From Akkermansia muciniphila (lineage in GTDB: Bacteria; Verrucomicrobiota; Verrucomicrobiia; Verrucomicrobiales; V1-33), in NCBI GenBank assembly GCA_943333275.1, contig CALQSQ010000004.1, positions 4,909-68,908 on the forward strand: DNA of 64,000 bases, in the 5' to 3' direction. The first letter of the stretch is position 1; each line of letters begins with the position of its first letter. A program made the translations under genes and the position numbers. Under the pieces are notes generated by a model. The model was not told the origin of the DNA. It did no database searches and was given only the letters and a program-made list of their open reading frames with translations. Shown here in pieces: positions 19,485-28,432 of the stretch.

Positions 19485-20273
19485 TTAATACAAGACGTTG
19501 GAGTCGGACCAGTGATGCGGATCGAGGGGCGGGATTTCGCAACGGGCGCGGTTGATGATCTCGGCCAGCGCCTCGCCCATTTTGACAAACATTTTCGCGC
19601 CGCGATCAGCCGAGCCCAGCGATGGCTTGCCGGTGATTCCGTTCAGGCTTGTTTGGGAGACGGGGTAACTGAATACGAGACCTTCCGTCCGGTCGGGATC
19701 ATCCTCCACCCAATCCATGCGCACGGTGTCCGGCGCCAAGTGCAGCATGAGATCAGTCTCCGCACAATTTGCATGCAGGTCTGCGGCGTCATTGATGAAA
19801 TAATTCCAAATCTCAGTAGTGAGCTGGTAGGTGTGTCTGAGGCCGATTTGAATTCCCCCCAGAAATTCCGTCCGAATGCGATCCACTGCCACCCGAAGGG
19901 ATGCGTCGTTTCCGAAATGGGCGTTGACGATGAGCAGTCGCCTCCACCCTGTGCGCATGCTCCACAGGGCGATCTCCCGGATCATGGCGATGAGGGTTTC
20001 GTGATTGATCGAAAATGTCCCCGGCCACTTGGAAGTGTGCCCGACGGAAACCCCGTAGGAAAGTGGGGGCAGCATGGGCACCATGGTTCTCGCGGAGGCG
20101 TAGGAGCAGACAGCGGAGGCGATGGCGGTATCCGTGTTGATTGGTAGGTGGGGGCCGTGCTGCTCGGTCGCACCGATGGGGAGGATCAGCATGTCCTGAC
20201 CTCCAGCCTGGAGTTCCGCGATGGCTCTCCAGGAAAGGTTCTCCAGCAAAACGGGGGATTCATTCGACATCAT
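19485..20273 (-). CDS. Creatininase-family amidohydrolase (creatinine amidohydrolase / formamide hydrolase family)
   Basis: Motif LPIGATEQHGPHLPINTD plus the downstream VNAHFGN. I moved the start to an internal Met (MMSNESP), which overlaps the ATPase stop by 11-14 nt. Confidence 0.75.
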   Translation of the reverse strand: MMSNESPVLLENLSWRAIAELQAGGQDMLILPIGATEQHGPHLPINTDTAIASAVCSYASARTMVPMLPPLSYGVSVGHTSKWPGTFSINHETLIAMIREIALWSMRTGWRRLLIVNAHFGNDASLRVAVDRIRTEFLGGIQIGLRHTYQLTTEIWNYFINDAADLHANCAETDLMLHLAPDTVRMDWVEDDPDRTEGLVFSYPVSQTSLNGITGKPSLGSADRGAKMFVKMGEALAEIINRARCEIPPLDPHHWSDSNVLY

Positions 20274-21150
20274 CGCCTGCCTTGGTGAGTTTGACGACGG
20301 GCAACTTGTCCTCTTCAACATCGATGGGTGGATGGATGAGTTCCTCAAGGCGGAGCTTGAGTGCGAGATATTCAGGAGAAACAAACTGTGCGGTGGAGCG
20401 CGGGCGGGGAATGGGATTCTCAATCACCTCCACGATCCGTCCCGGATTGGTTCCCATAACCATGATGCGATCCGAAAGATACGCGGCCTCCTCAAGGTCA
20501 TGCGTGATGAAGAGAACCGTGATGTCCACTTTCTTCCAAATTTGTAGCAGGTAGCTTTGCATCTGGGCGCGGGTCTGGGCATCGAGTGCGCCAAAGGGTT
20601 CGTCCATGATGAGGATGCGCGGCTCATTGGCGAGAGCCCGCGCAATGGCGACGCGTTGCTTCATTCCGCCCGACAATTCATGGGGATAGGACTCCTCAAA
20701 TTTCGAAAGTCCCACCATGTCGAGCCATTGCCGGGCTTCCGATTCGGCGGTGAATTTGTCCTTGCCGCGCATTTCAATGCCAAACATGACGTTGCGTTTC
20801 ACCGTCAGCCAGGGAAACAGCGTATAGCCCTGGAAGACCATTCCGCGATCCGGGCCGGGTTCACCAATCTCCCTCCCATCAAGCAGCGCCACGCCTCCGC
20901 TGCATTCGTCCAGACCGGCGATGATGCGGATGAAGGTGGATTTACCGCATCCGGAGGGACCGATGACGGTGATGAATTCGCGGCGGCGGATGTCGATCGA
21001 AACGCCGTCGAAAACAGTGCGCGTGCTGCCGTTGACGCCATAGGTCTTCTTCAGGCCGCGCACGCTCAGAATCACGGGACGCTGCCGGATGCGTTCAAAC
21101 CGGGCTGCGACCTCCGGGGAAAGATTGCGATAATCGAGGGCCGCACTCAT
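20260..21150 (-). CDS. ABC transporter ATP-binding protein (NitT/TauT nitrate/sulfonate/bicarbonate family)
   Basis: Walker A GPSGCGKST, signature LSGGMKQR, Walker B ILIMDEPF. Confidence 0.9.
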   Translation of the reverse strand: MSAALDYRNLSPEVAARFERIRQRPVILSVRGLKKTYGVNGSTRTVFDGVSIDIRRREFITVIGPSGCGKSTFIRIIAGLDECSGGVALLDGREIGEPGPDRGMVFQGYTLFPWLTVKRNVMFGIEMRGKDKFTAESEARQWLDMVGLSKFEESYPHELSGGMKQRVAIARALANEPRILIMDEPFGALDAQTRAQMQSYLLQIWKKVDITVLFITHDLEEAAYLSDRIMVMGTNPGRIVEVIENPIPRPRSTAQFVSPEYLALKLRLEELIHPPIDVEEDKLPVVKLTKAGDDVE

Positions 21151-22181
21151 GCTTCGACGGCCTTAGCAGGCTTGGGTCTTGAGTTGAAAATGCGGCCAAG
21201 CAATGACCCCTTACCTGACGCGGCAGCGGAGCGCCGTTTCCACGGGAAGATCACCCTCCCAATCCAAGCCAGCAGCAGGTCTGTGGTGAAACCGATGATG
21301 CCGATCATGAAGATGGCGGCATAGACGTTGTCGAAATTCCGGTAACGCGCCTGCTGATTGATGAAATACGTGATCCCCGACATCGTGCCGACGACTTCGG
21401 CAACGATCAGATAGGTCCACGCCCAACCCAGCAGAATGCGCATGTCGGTATAGATGTCGCTTACCGAAGCCGGGATTACCACACGCCTCAGCAGTTTCCA
21501 CCCCCGTGCCCCCAGGGTCTGGGCAGCCTCAATGAGCCCGGGATCGACCTTGCGCACGGTATTGCTGATGACCAGAACCTGCTGGAAGAAAGTGCCGATG
21601 AAAATGATCGCAATCTTCGGGCCATCATCGATTCCCAAAATGGCCACACACAGGGCTCCGAAGGCCGGGGCGGGCAGGTAGCGGAAAAACTCAATGAATG
21701 GTTCCTGCAGGCGGGAGAAGAAGCGGTAGGTGCCGCAGAGAATGCCCAATGGCACACCGAAAATTGAGGAAATGACAAACCCCCAGAAGATGGTTCGGAG
21801 GCTGTGCGCCAGACTCTCGTGCAGCCACGGCTCATTGGGCAGGCGCGGCTCGGTGGTAAAGGCTGTGTAAAACGCCCGGGCCACCCTGTGTGGCGGTGGA
21901 AGGTAAAGGGGATTGATCCGATATCCTTCCGGCAGCGTGCCGCCCGCTGCCTGCACCTTTTCCAGTTCGGCATCGAAGTCCGCCCGCGGCACATCCATGT
22001 CCTCGACAAAATAGTCCACATCTCCAGGTGCAGTGACATGGACGAGTGGATGCCAGAGCCACGGCACGTAACTGATGGCGCACCAAAGCGCGAGCGGCAG
22101 GAGAAACGAACACAGCGCCAGCACAAATCTTCGCCGTGGGGGCAGGTCGTGCTTCAACCCCAGCCAGTCGCGCTTCGGCAT
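21147..22181 (-). CDS. ABC transporter permease (NitT/TauT family)
   Basis: Polytopic membrane protein carrying the EAA-loop-like IEAAQTLGARGWKLLRRVVIPAS. It overlaps the ATPase gene by 4 nt. Confidence 0.85.
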   Translation of the reverse strand: MPKRDWLGLKHDLPPRRRFVLALCSFLLPLALWCAISYVPWLWHPLVHVTAPGDVDYFVEDMDVPRADFDAELEKVQAAGGTLPEGYRINPLYLPPPHRVARAFYTAFTTEPRLPNEPWLHESLAHSLRTIFWGFVISSIFGVPLGILCGTYRFFSRLQEPFIEFFRYLPAPAFGALCVAILGIDDGPKIAIIFIGTFFQQVLVISNTVRKVDPGLIEAAQTLGARGWKLLRRVVIPASVSDIYTDMRILLGWAWTYLIVAEVVGTMSGITYFINQQARYRNFDNVYAAIFMIGIIGFTTDLLLAWIGRVIFPWKRRSAAASGKGSLLGRIFNSRPKPAKAVEA

Positions 22182-22200
22182 ATGGGTGGTGGGTGAAAAC

Positions 22201-23172
22201 TTATTTCAGGGCCTCAACCACACTTGGGGTCAGGTAACTTTCGGGTTTCTGGGAGTCCTTGTAAACCTTGTTGTCCAGATTGAATTTGTTTCCAACCGCC
22301 ATGGAACCATAAATGGAGTCCAGACCCTCGCCTTTCTTGTAGGCTGCCTTGGCTTCCTTCAGCGTGAGGAAATGAGTTCCGGGGACATTGCTGGCGTAGT
22401 CTGCAACTTCCGCCCCAACCTTGGCCGCCATGATCTTTACCGCGTCGTCCTTGGTTTTTTCATCCAGTAGGTAATCCACACACTTGTAAAAGACAGCTGT
22501 GAACTTGGACCATGACTCCTTGTTTTTGGCATAGCTGGTGGGATTGACCGCCAGCACATCGTAGATCAGGCCCTTGGCCTCCGCGCTGGAGAAAAGTTTT
22601 TTGGAACCGGCAACCTGCTTCAGGGCCTGGCCCGAGGATGGATACCAGGCGCCGATGGCGGCGACTTTTCCAGAAGCGAGCGTCTGGGGGGTTTCGTTCG
22701 TCGGGGTGTTGACGAGTTCGACATCGGATTGCTTCATGCCATTGACCTCCAGGGCCTTGAGCAGCAGCAGGTGTTCCACGAGGGTGAGTTCCAGACCGAC
22801 CTTCTGGCCCTTGAGGTCCTTGATGGACTCGATTCCCGGTTTGCCAACGATCGCGTCACTTCCATCGCTGTAATCCAAAAGGGCGATGATCTTGCTCTTG
22901 GCTCCGTTGGCGCCATTCACCAGCGCATCCGTGGCCACGCAGGTCACCGCATCAATCTTTCCAGCGGAAAATGCATCCAGTGAGGGCAGGTAGTCGAACC
23001 AAACCAGTTCAACTTCGATTCCTGCCTCCTTGAACCATCCTTTCTGCTTCGCCACCTCAAGGACGGTATAGCCAGGCCAGTCTGAATAACCGACTTTCAG
23101 CGGGGCGGCATTAGCATTGAAGAGCAGGCCGGTCAGGAGGAGCACTAGGCAGGGAAGGAGTTTGGCTTTCAT
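22201..23172 (-). CDS. ABC transporter periplasmic substrate-binding protein (NMT1/TauA-like)
   Basis: Signal peptide MKAKLLPCLVLLLTGLLFNANA followed by a type-2 SBP pattern (LKVGYSDWPGY...). It is the first gene of the cluster. Confidence 0.8.
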   Translation of the reverse strand: MKAKLLPCLVLLLTGLLFNANAAPLKVGYSDWPGYTVLEVAKQKGWFKEAGIEVELVWFDYLPSLDAFSAGKIDAVTCVATDALVNGANGAKSKIIALLDYSDGSDAIVGKPGIESIKDLKGQKVGLELTLVEHLLLLKALEVNGMKQSDVELVNTPTNETPQTLASGKVAAIGAWYPSSGQALKQVAGSKKLFSSAEAKGLIYDVLAVNPTSYAKNKESWSKFTAVFYKCVDYLLDEKTKDDAVKIMAAKVGAEVADYASNVPGTHFLTLKEAKAAYKKGEGLDSIYGSMAVGNKFNLDNKVYKDSQKPESYLTPSVVEALK

Positions 23173-23225
23173 GGGAGATGTGGAATTATGGTTGCGGATT
23201 AATTAGGTGTAACCCCTCCCTCTCC

Positions 23226-23241
23226 AGCATCCCTTGTGCCA
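23226..23241 (-). promoter_or_regulatory. Candidate sigma-54 (-24/-12) promoter for the 15-gene cluster
   Basis: The minus strand reads TGGCACAAGGGATGCT against the consensus TGGCAC-N5-TTGCW. GG/GC spacing is correct and there is one mismatch. It lies about 54 nt upstream of the SBP start codon. Confidence 0.4.
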
Positions 23242-23335
23242 AGTGGATGCCGCATTCACCATCATCATAAATAAAGCAGGGCTTCGTCATACCCTTTTCA
23301 GGGCTGTTAACCCGCCACCGCTTGGGCCTCAAAAA

Positions 23336-24793
23336 TCAGATGCTCTGATAATTTACCGGTTCTTCAGTGATGACAATGTCATGCGCATGGCTCTCCTTGA
23401 GTCCACCAGCAGTAATACGCACGAAGTTGGCCTTGGAACGGAGGTCGGTGAGGTCCTTGGCACCCAAGTAGCCCATGCCGGAGCGGAGGCCGCCGACAAG
23501 TTGGAATACGACATCGCGCAGATGACCACGGAACGGGACGCGGCCTTCCACTCCTTCGGCGACGAGTTTGCCGGATGAGTTCTGGCCGTAGCGGTCGCCG
23601 GAGCCCTGGCGCATGGCCTTGAGGCTGCCCATGCCGCGGTATTCCTTGAATGTTCGCCCCTGATAGTTTACCAAATTTCCGGGACTTTCCATCGTTCCCG
23701 CCAGCAGCGACCCCAGCATGACAATGTCCGCACCCGCGGCCAGCGCCTTAACGATATCGCCGGAATAACGAATTCCCCCGTCGGCAATCGCGGCCACGCC
23801 GTGCTCGCGGCAGACGCGACTCACCTGCTGGATCGCGGTAAACTGTGGCACTCCGACTCCGGCAATGACCCGGGTGGTGCAGATGGAACCAGGCCCCACT
23901 CCAATCTTGATGGCAGAGGCCCCCGAGGAAATAAGGTCCCGCGCGCCCTGCTCGGTTACAACATTTCCAGCGATGACCGGCACATGTGGAAAGCGATTTT
24001 TCAGCACCTGCACCATTTCCATGACCCTGCTGGTATGACCGGTTGCGGCATCAATGCCCAGGGCATCGGCCCCAGCCTCAATCACTGCCGCAGCGCGCTC
24101 CAGGGCATCGCCACCCACCCCGATCGCCGCCGCCACCCGCAACTGGCCCCGTTCATCCTTGGCAGCCTCGAGAAACATTTCCCGCTTCTGAATATCCTGG
24201 CTGGTGATCATACCCACGAGTTCGTCCGCCTTGTTGACGAGCGGAAGTTTCTCGATGCGGTGTTTGTAGAGCAGGGCACGCGCAGTTTCCCAGCCAGTCT
24301 CCGGGCCACTGACGACAAGTCGCTCGCGCGGAGTCATCACATCGCTGACCTTGCTTTCGGCATTTTCCACATACCAGACATCGCGCGTCGTCACCATTCC
24401 CACCAGTTTCCCATGGGCATCAACGACAGGAAAACCTGCCACGCCCCGCTGCGCCATCGTCTCCAGCAAATCGCGCACCGGAAGTTCGGGGCTAACGGTG
24501 AATGGTTGCGCGATCACCGTATTCTCCGAGCGCTTGACCTTCGCGACCATTTCCGCCTGGCGGGCGATGGGGACATTGCGATGAATCACCCCAAGCCCCC
24601 CCTGCCGCGCCAGGGCGATGGCGAGTTCACTTTCCGTGACGGTGTCCATGGCCGAGGAGATGATGGGCACATTCAAGGCCAGGGAATCGGTAAGGCACGT
24701 GCGAACATCCGCTTCAGAAGGAATAATTTCGCTGTGCTGCGGCACAAGCAGGACATCATCGAAGGCAAGGCCGAGAGGTATAAGATCGTTCAT
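23336..24793 (-). CDS. guaB: IMP dehydrogenase
   Basis: MNDLIPLGLAFDDVLLVPQHSEI..., a CBS pair, the catalytic loop GVGPGSICTTR, and GGIRYSGD. Confidence 0.95.
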   Translation of the reverse strand: MNDLIPLGLAFDDVLLVPQHSEIIPSEADVRTCLTDSLALNVPIISSAMDTVTESELAIALARQGGLGVIHRNVPIARQAEMVAKVKRSENTVIAQPFTVSPELPVRDLLETMAQRGVAGFPVVDAHGKLVGMVTTRDVWYVENAESKVSDVMTPRERLVVSGPETGWETARALLYKHRIEKLPLVNKADELVGMITSQDIQKREMFLEAAKDERGQLRVAAAIGVGGDALERAAAVIEAGADALGIDAATGHTSRVMEMVQVLKNRFPHVPVIAGNVVTEQGARDLISSGASAIKIGVGPGSICTTRVIAGVGVPQFTAIQQVSRVCREHGVAAIADGGIRYSGDIVKALAAGADIVMLGSLLAGTMESPGNLVNYQGRTFKEYRGMGSLKAMRQGSGDRYGQNSSGKLVAEGVEGRVPFRGHLRDVVFQLVGGLRSGMGYLGAKDLTDLRSKANFVRITAGGLKESHAHDIVITEEPVNYQSI

Positions 24794-25027
24794 GGAGTGG
24801 ACGTGAAAGGAGGTTGCACCTTATACCAACGTTGCGTTACGCGGGTGGTTGGGAGTGTCAAAGGGAATTGTTTCCCACCTCGTCAACTTGGCGTTCATCA
24901 AGTCGAATTTGTTAGAAATGGATTTTTCTTACAAAATCATTTGTCTTTTCTGTAAAGAGAGAAATATTGAACCAAGCGAGGTGCCTTTTGAACGAAAATC
25001 CCCCGCGAAACGCAACCCACCACTGCC

Positions 25028-26116
25028 ATGATTGACACCGAGCAGACTCCCACTACGATAGCTTGTGAAAAAAATCACAAGCTCGCCGTCATGACTCCCC
25101 CCATCGCAACGCCCTCTTCTGAAACGTCCCTGCCTGAGGAACTGGTCTTCCCATTCGCCCTGGTCGCTGACCAGTTGGTGGGTGTGGAGGAGGCCATTTT
25201 GGCGCAGGCGAATGCCTTTGATCCTGGCGTGGCTGGTTATGTGGAATACGTCTGCGGCACGAGCGGCAAGCGCATTCGTCCCGCGCTCGCCCTGCTCGCG
25301 GGTGGTGCCTGCGGCGGCGCCAATGCCGAGGTGCTGAAGCTCGGGGTCATCCTGGAAATGATTCACCTGGCCAGTCTCGTTCACGACGACATCATGGACG
25401 GAGCCACGATCCGCCGCAAGGCTCCCACGGCTTCTGTGAAATGGGGCAATGCCCTGAGCGTGCTGCTGGGCGACTGCCTGTTTGCCCATGCCTTGGAGCT
25501 GGCTTCGACGTTTGAAGGCAATCATGTCAGCCGGAAAATCGCCCGGGCATCAAACGATGTTTGTTCGGGGGAAATTTTGCAGACGCAACGGCGATTCGAT
25601 TTCAACCTGAGCCTGCCGGAGTATTTCAAGATCATCCGGATGAAGACAGCAGCGTTGTTTGCCAGCGCCACCGAACTTTCGGCGCATCTTTGCGGAGCCT
25701 CCGAGGAGGTGCAGGCGGCGATGCAATCTTACGGTGAGGCCCTGGGCACAGCCTATCAGATCTACGATGACGTGCTGGACCTAGTGGGAGACGAATCCAA
25801 GATCGGCAAGACCCTGGGGACAGACCTCATCAAGGGCAAACTCACGCTGCCAATCCTCTACCTGCGCGACATGGCATCGGAGTCACAGAAGCAAAAGCTC
25901 AACAAGCTGATGCTGCAGCATGAGCCCATTGAGGTGAATGTGCTCGCGGGAATTGCGGATTACGAAGGCGCCATCGAACAGGCCATTGGCACCGCGCGTG
26001 ATTACCTGAACCAGGCGCGCAGCAGTCTCCTCGTTCTGCCGGAATCAGATTACCGCGTGGCTCTGGAAGGCATCACGAAGTATCTGGACCGGCTGTTGGA
26101 CAAGTGCGGGAAATAG
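25028..26116 (+). CDS. Long-chain trans-polyprenyl diphosphate synthase (IspB-like)
   Basis: First and second Asp-rich motifs are present (LVHDDIMD, QIYDDVLD). The start is uncertain; an alternative Met lies 21 codons downstream. Confidence 0.8.
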   Translation: MIDTEQTPTTIACEKNHKLAVMTPPIATPSSETSLPEELVFPFALVADQLVGVEEAILAQANAFDPGVAGYVEYVCGTSGKRIRPALALLAGGACGGANAEVLKLGVILEMIHLASLVHDDIMDGATIRRKAPTASVKWGNALSVLLGDCLFAHALELASTFEGNHVSRKIARASNDVCSGEILQTQRRFDFNLSLPEYFKIIRMKTAALFASATELSAHLCGASEEVQAAMQSYGEALGTAYQIYDDVLDLVGDESKIGKTLGTDLIKGKLTLPILYLRDMASESQKQKLNKLMLQHEPIEVNVLAGIADYEGAIEQAIGTARDYLNQARSSLLVLPESDYRVALEGITKYLDRLLDKCGK

Positions 26117-26121
26117 GGCAT

Positions 26122-27144
26122 ATGGGGCGTATGCGTCCTGTTTTGAAAGCTCTGTTATGCGTGGCTGGGCTTCTCCTTTCCAAAGGCAGGGCTACGGAGG
26201 TCTTTGTCTTTCAGCAACCCCACATGGGGTGCCTCTTCACCCTGAAGCTTGTCGCAGCAAATGAGCAGGAGGCAGAATCTGCTTCCAAGGCGGTTTCCAA
26301 GCGCATCGAGGAAATCGAGCAGGTGTGTTCGGACTACCGTCCGGACAGTGAAAGCTCCCTCCTGGGAGCCTCTGCCGAACGTCAGCACGAAATAAAGCTG
26401 AGCCCTGATCTCCTGGCGCTGCTGGTGGCCTCGGAACACTGGTGGCAATGGAGCGGGGGTGCGTTCGATGTCACACTGGGGCCGTGCACCCGCCTCTGGA
26501 GAGCTTCGCGAAAATCGCAAACCCTGCCGGACTCCCCCACCCTCACCGAGGCACTGGCGGCCACCGGATTTTCCAAACTCCACTTTTCGGCATCGGCGAA
26601 AACGGTCCGCCTGGACCGTGCGGGCATGGTGTTGGATTTCGGCGGCATCGCCAAGGGATACGCACTTGATGCCGCCACCCAGTTGCTGCAAACGAAGTTT
26701 AAACTCACGCATTTCCTCATGGATGCGGGCGGCCAGATTGCCGCCATGGGCTGCCCTCCCGGTAAGGACGCCTGGCATCTGGTAATTGAAAAACTGCCGG
26801 AAGAAAACGATGACGCGCCGGACGTCGTTCTGAAATTGAGCAATGCCCACCTCGCCACCTCGGGTGATTTAAACCAAAAAGTGACCATTGGCGGCAACCA
26901 CTACGCCCACATCCTCGATCCCAAGGCCGGACTGGGGCTCACGTATACCATCCAGGCCAGTGTCATCGCAGAGGATGGCGCCACGGCCGATGCCCTGGCC
27001 ACTGCACTTTGCATCATGGAGGAAACCGAGGCCAAAGCCAAACTCGTGCAACTCCCCAAAGTCGCCGCGCGCGTCCTGCGCCAGAACGCCGATGGCCGGC
27101 TGCATTCCTGGCAAACCGACAACTGGCGGACCTACGTCAAATAG
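26122..27144 (+). CDS. apbE: FAD:protein FMN transferase (ApbE family lipoprotein)
   Basis: Signal-like MGRMRPVLKALLCVAGLLLS. ApbE motifs are present (FDVTLGP, DFGGIAKGYALD, LATSGD). Confidence 0.8.
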   Translation: MGRMRPVLKALLCVAGLLLSKGRATEVFVFQQPHMGCLFTLKLVAANEQEAESASKAVSKRIEEIEQVCSDYRPDSESSLLGASAERQHEIKLSPDLLALLVASEHWWQWSGGAFDVTLGPCTRLWRASRKSQTLPDSPTLTEALAATGFSKLHFSASAKTVRLDRAGMVLDFGGIAKGYALDAATQLLQTKFKLTHFLMDAGGQIAAMGCPPGKDAWHLVIEKLPEENDDAPDVVLKLSNAHLATSGDLNQKVTIGGNHYAHILDPKAGLGLTYTIQASVIAEDGATADALATALCIMEETEAKAKLVQLPKVAARVLRQNADGRLHSWQTDNWRTYVK

Positions 27145-28420
27145 GCTGGCTTTGGGCTTCCGCCTCCTCCGGCTCCGATGGCATCAGCAGAGCCACAGCC
27201 GCCGCCGGGATGAAGAGAAATCCGGCATAAAGCAGCGCCGTTCGAAAATCGCCAACTTTCACAAAGATTCCGAAAAAGACGGTGCCGCCAGCGGCAACAA
27301 TACGCCCGATGTTGTAACAAAATCCCGAACCCGTCGTTCGCAGCAGCACCGGGAACAGCGGTGGCAGGCACATGGTGAACAACCCGAAGACCCCCTGGCA
27401 GATGCCAATGAGTGCAAATAGCAGCTTCGTCGAATCCCAATTCCACTGCCGGGAAAACGAGAGAAACATGATCGCAAAGTAGGCTAACAGCATGCCCGAG
27501 ATGGTCCTGCGATACCCGTATACCTTCGCCAATCCGCCCGCGACGAAATTTCCAATCAGCGAGCCCACCATGATCCACATCAAGGCAGCGACGACTGCGC
27601 CATCCTTGCCGGTTTTGTCGAGCGTCGCGATTTCCGGCAGACTGAGCACATGCTTCTGCTGCCAGAATAGGAAGGTCCAATGGGCGGTGAGGGAAACTGC
27701 GCAGATGATCATGACGCGCCACGTGATACCCCGCACCTCCGGACTGAAGAGGGCACTGATTTTCGGCACCTCCTGTCCCTTGCGCGCCTCCGTCCATTCC
27801 TCTGTTTCGGGCACAGCCTTGCGAATCCAGAGCGTGATCAGGGCGGGAAGAATCCCGATCAGGAAAATGTACTTTGGCTCCTTGCCGGCGAGCAGCCAGC
27901 CTGCGACACAGGCGAGGAGCACCCCGCAATTCACGGCGCTTTGAAGCACAGCCGCGATCCACGGACGCCAAGTCTTGGGCCAGGTTTCCGAAAGCAACGA
28001 TGCTCCCACCGCCCATTCACCACCAATCCCAAGGGCGGCCAGAAATCGGAAGATGAGCAAATGCCACCATTCCTGGGCAAAGAACGAAAGGCCGGTGAAT
28101 CCCGCATAAGTCAGGATCGTCAACGTCAGAGCCCGGCTGCGCCCCAGCACATCACCGAGTCGCCCAAAAAATGCCCCCCCCACCGCCCAGCCGACCAGAA
28201 AAGCCGCCTGGATGATGGATCCATGCGTCCCCACCGTGGGATCGCTTTCCGGCACCATCATGAGCTGCGCCACGTAAGCCGTGGCCACCAGGGTATAAAG
28301 ATGCATGTCCAATCCGTCGAACAGCCACCCAAGCCACGCGGCGAGTCCGGAACGGCGTTGCTGCGGGGAAAGGGATTGCAGGGCGCGGACGAGCGATCTG
28401 GGGGCGGGGGTGTCGTTCAT
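27137..28420 (-). CDS. MFS transporter
   Basis: 427 aa with a ~12-TM hydrophobic profile and an MFS loop motif (GRLGDVLGRSR). Confidence 0.8.
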   Translation of the reverse strand: MNDTPAPRSLVRALQSLSPQQRRSGLAAWLGWLFDGLDMHLYTLVATAYVAQLMMVPESDPTVGTHGSIIQAAFLVGWAVGGAFFGRLGDVLGRSRALTLTILTYAGFTGLSFFAQEWWHLLIFRFLAALGIGGEWAVGASLLSETWPKTWRPWIAAVLQSAVNCGVLLACVAGWLLAGKEPKYIFLIGILPALITLWIRKAVPETEEWTEARKGQEVPKISALFSPEVRGITWRVMIICAVSLTAHWTFLFWQQKHVLSLPEIATLDKTGKDGAVVAALMWIMVGSLIGNFVAGGLAKVYGYRRTISGMLLAYFAIMFLSFSRQWNWDSTKLLFALIGICQGVFGLFTMCLPPLFPVLLRTTGSGFCYNIGRIVAAGGTVFFGIFVKVGDFRTALLYAGFLFIPAAAVALLMPSEPEEAEAQSQPI

Positions 28421-28432
28421 GAATGGGCGTTG

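Noticed and set aside
23173-23335. Possible guanidine riboswitch (ykkC, mini-ykkC or ykkC-III) in the leader of the ABC/carboxylase cluster.
   Set aside because: Reading the minus strand, I could not find the conserved ykkC core, paired ACGR-loop hairpins or the ykkC-III consensus. Only a sigma-54-like element stands out. A covariance-model scan is still needed to be sure.
23801-24955. 384-aa + strand ORF.
   Set aside because: It is antisense to guaB, whose identity is unambiguous.
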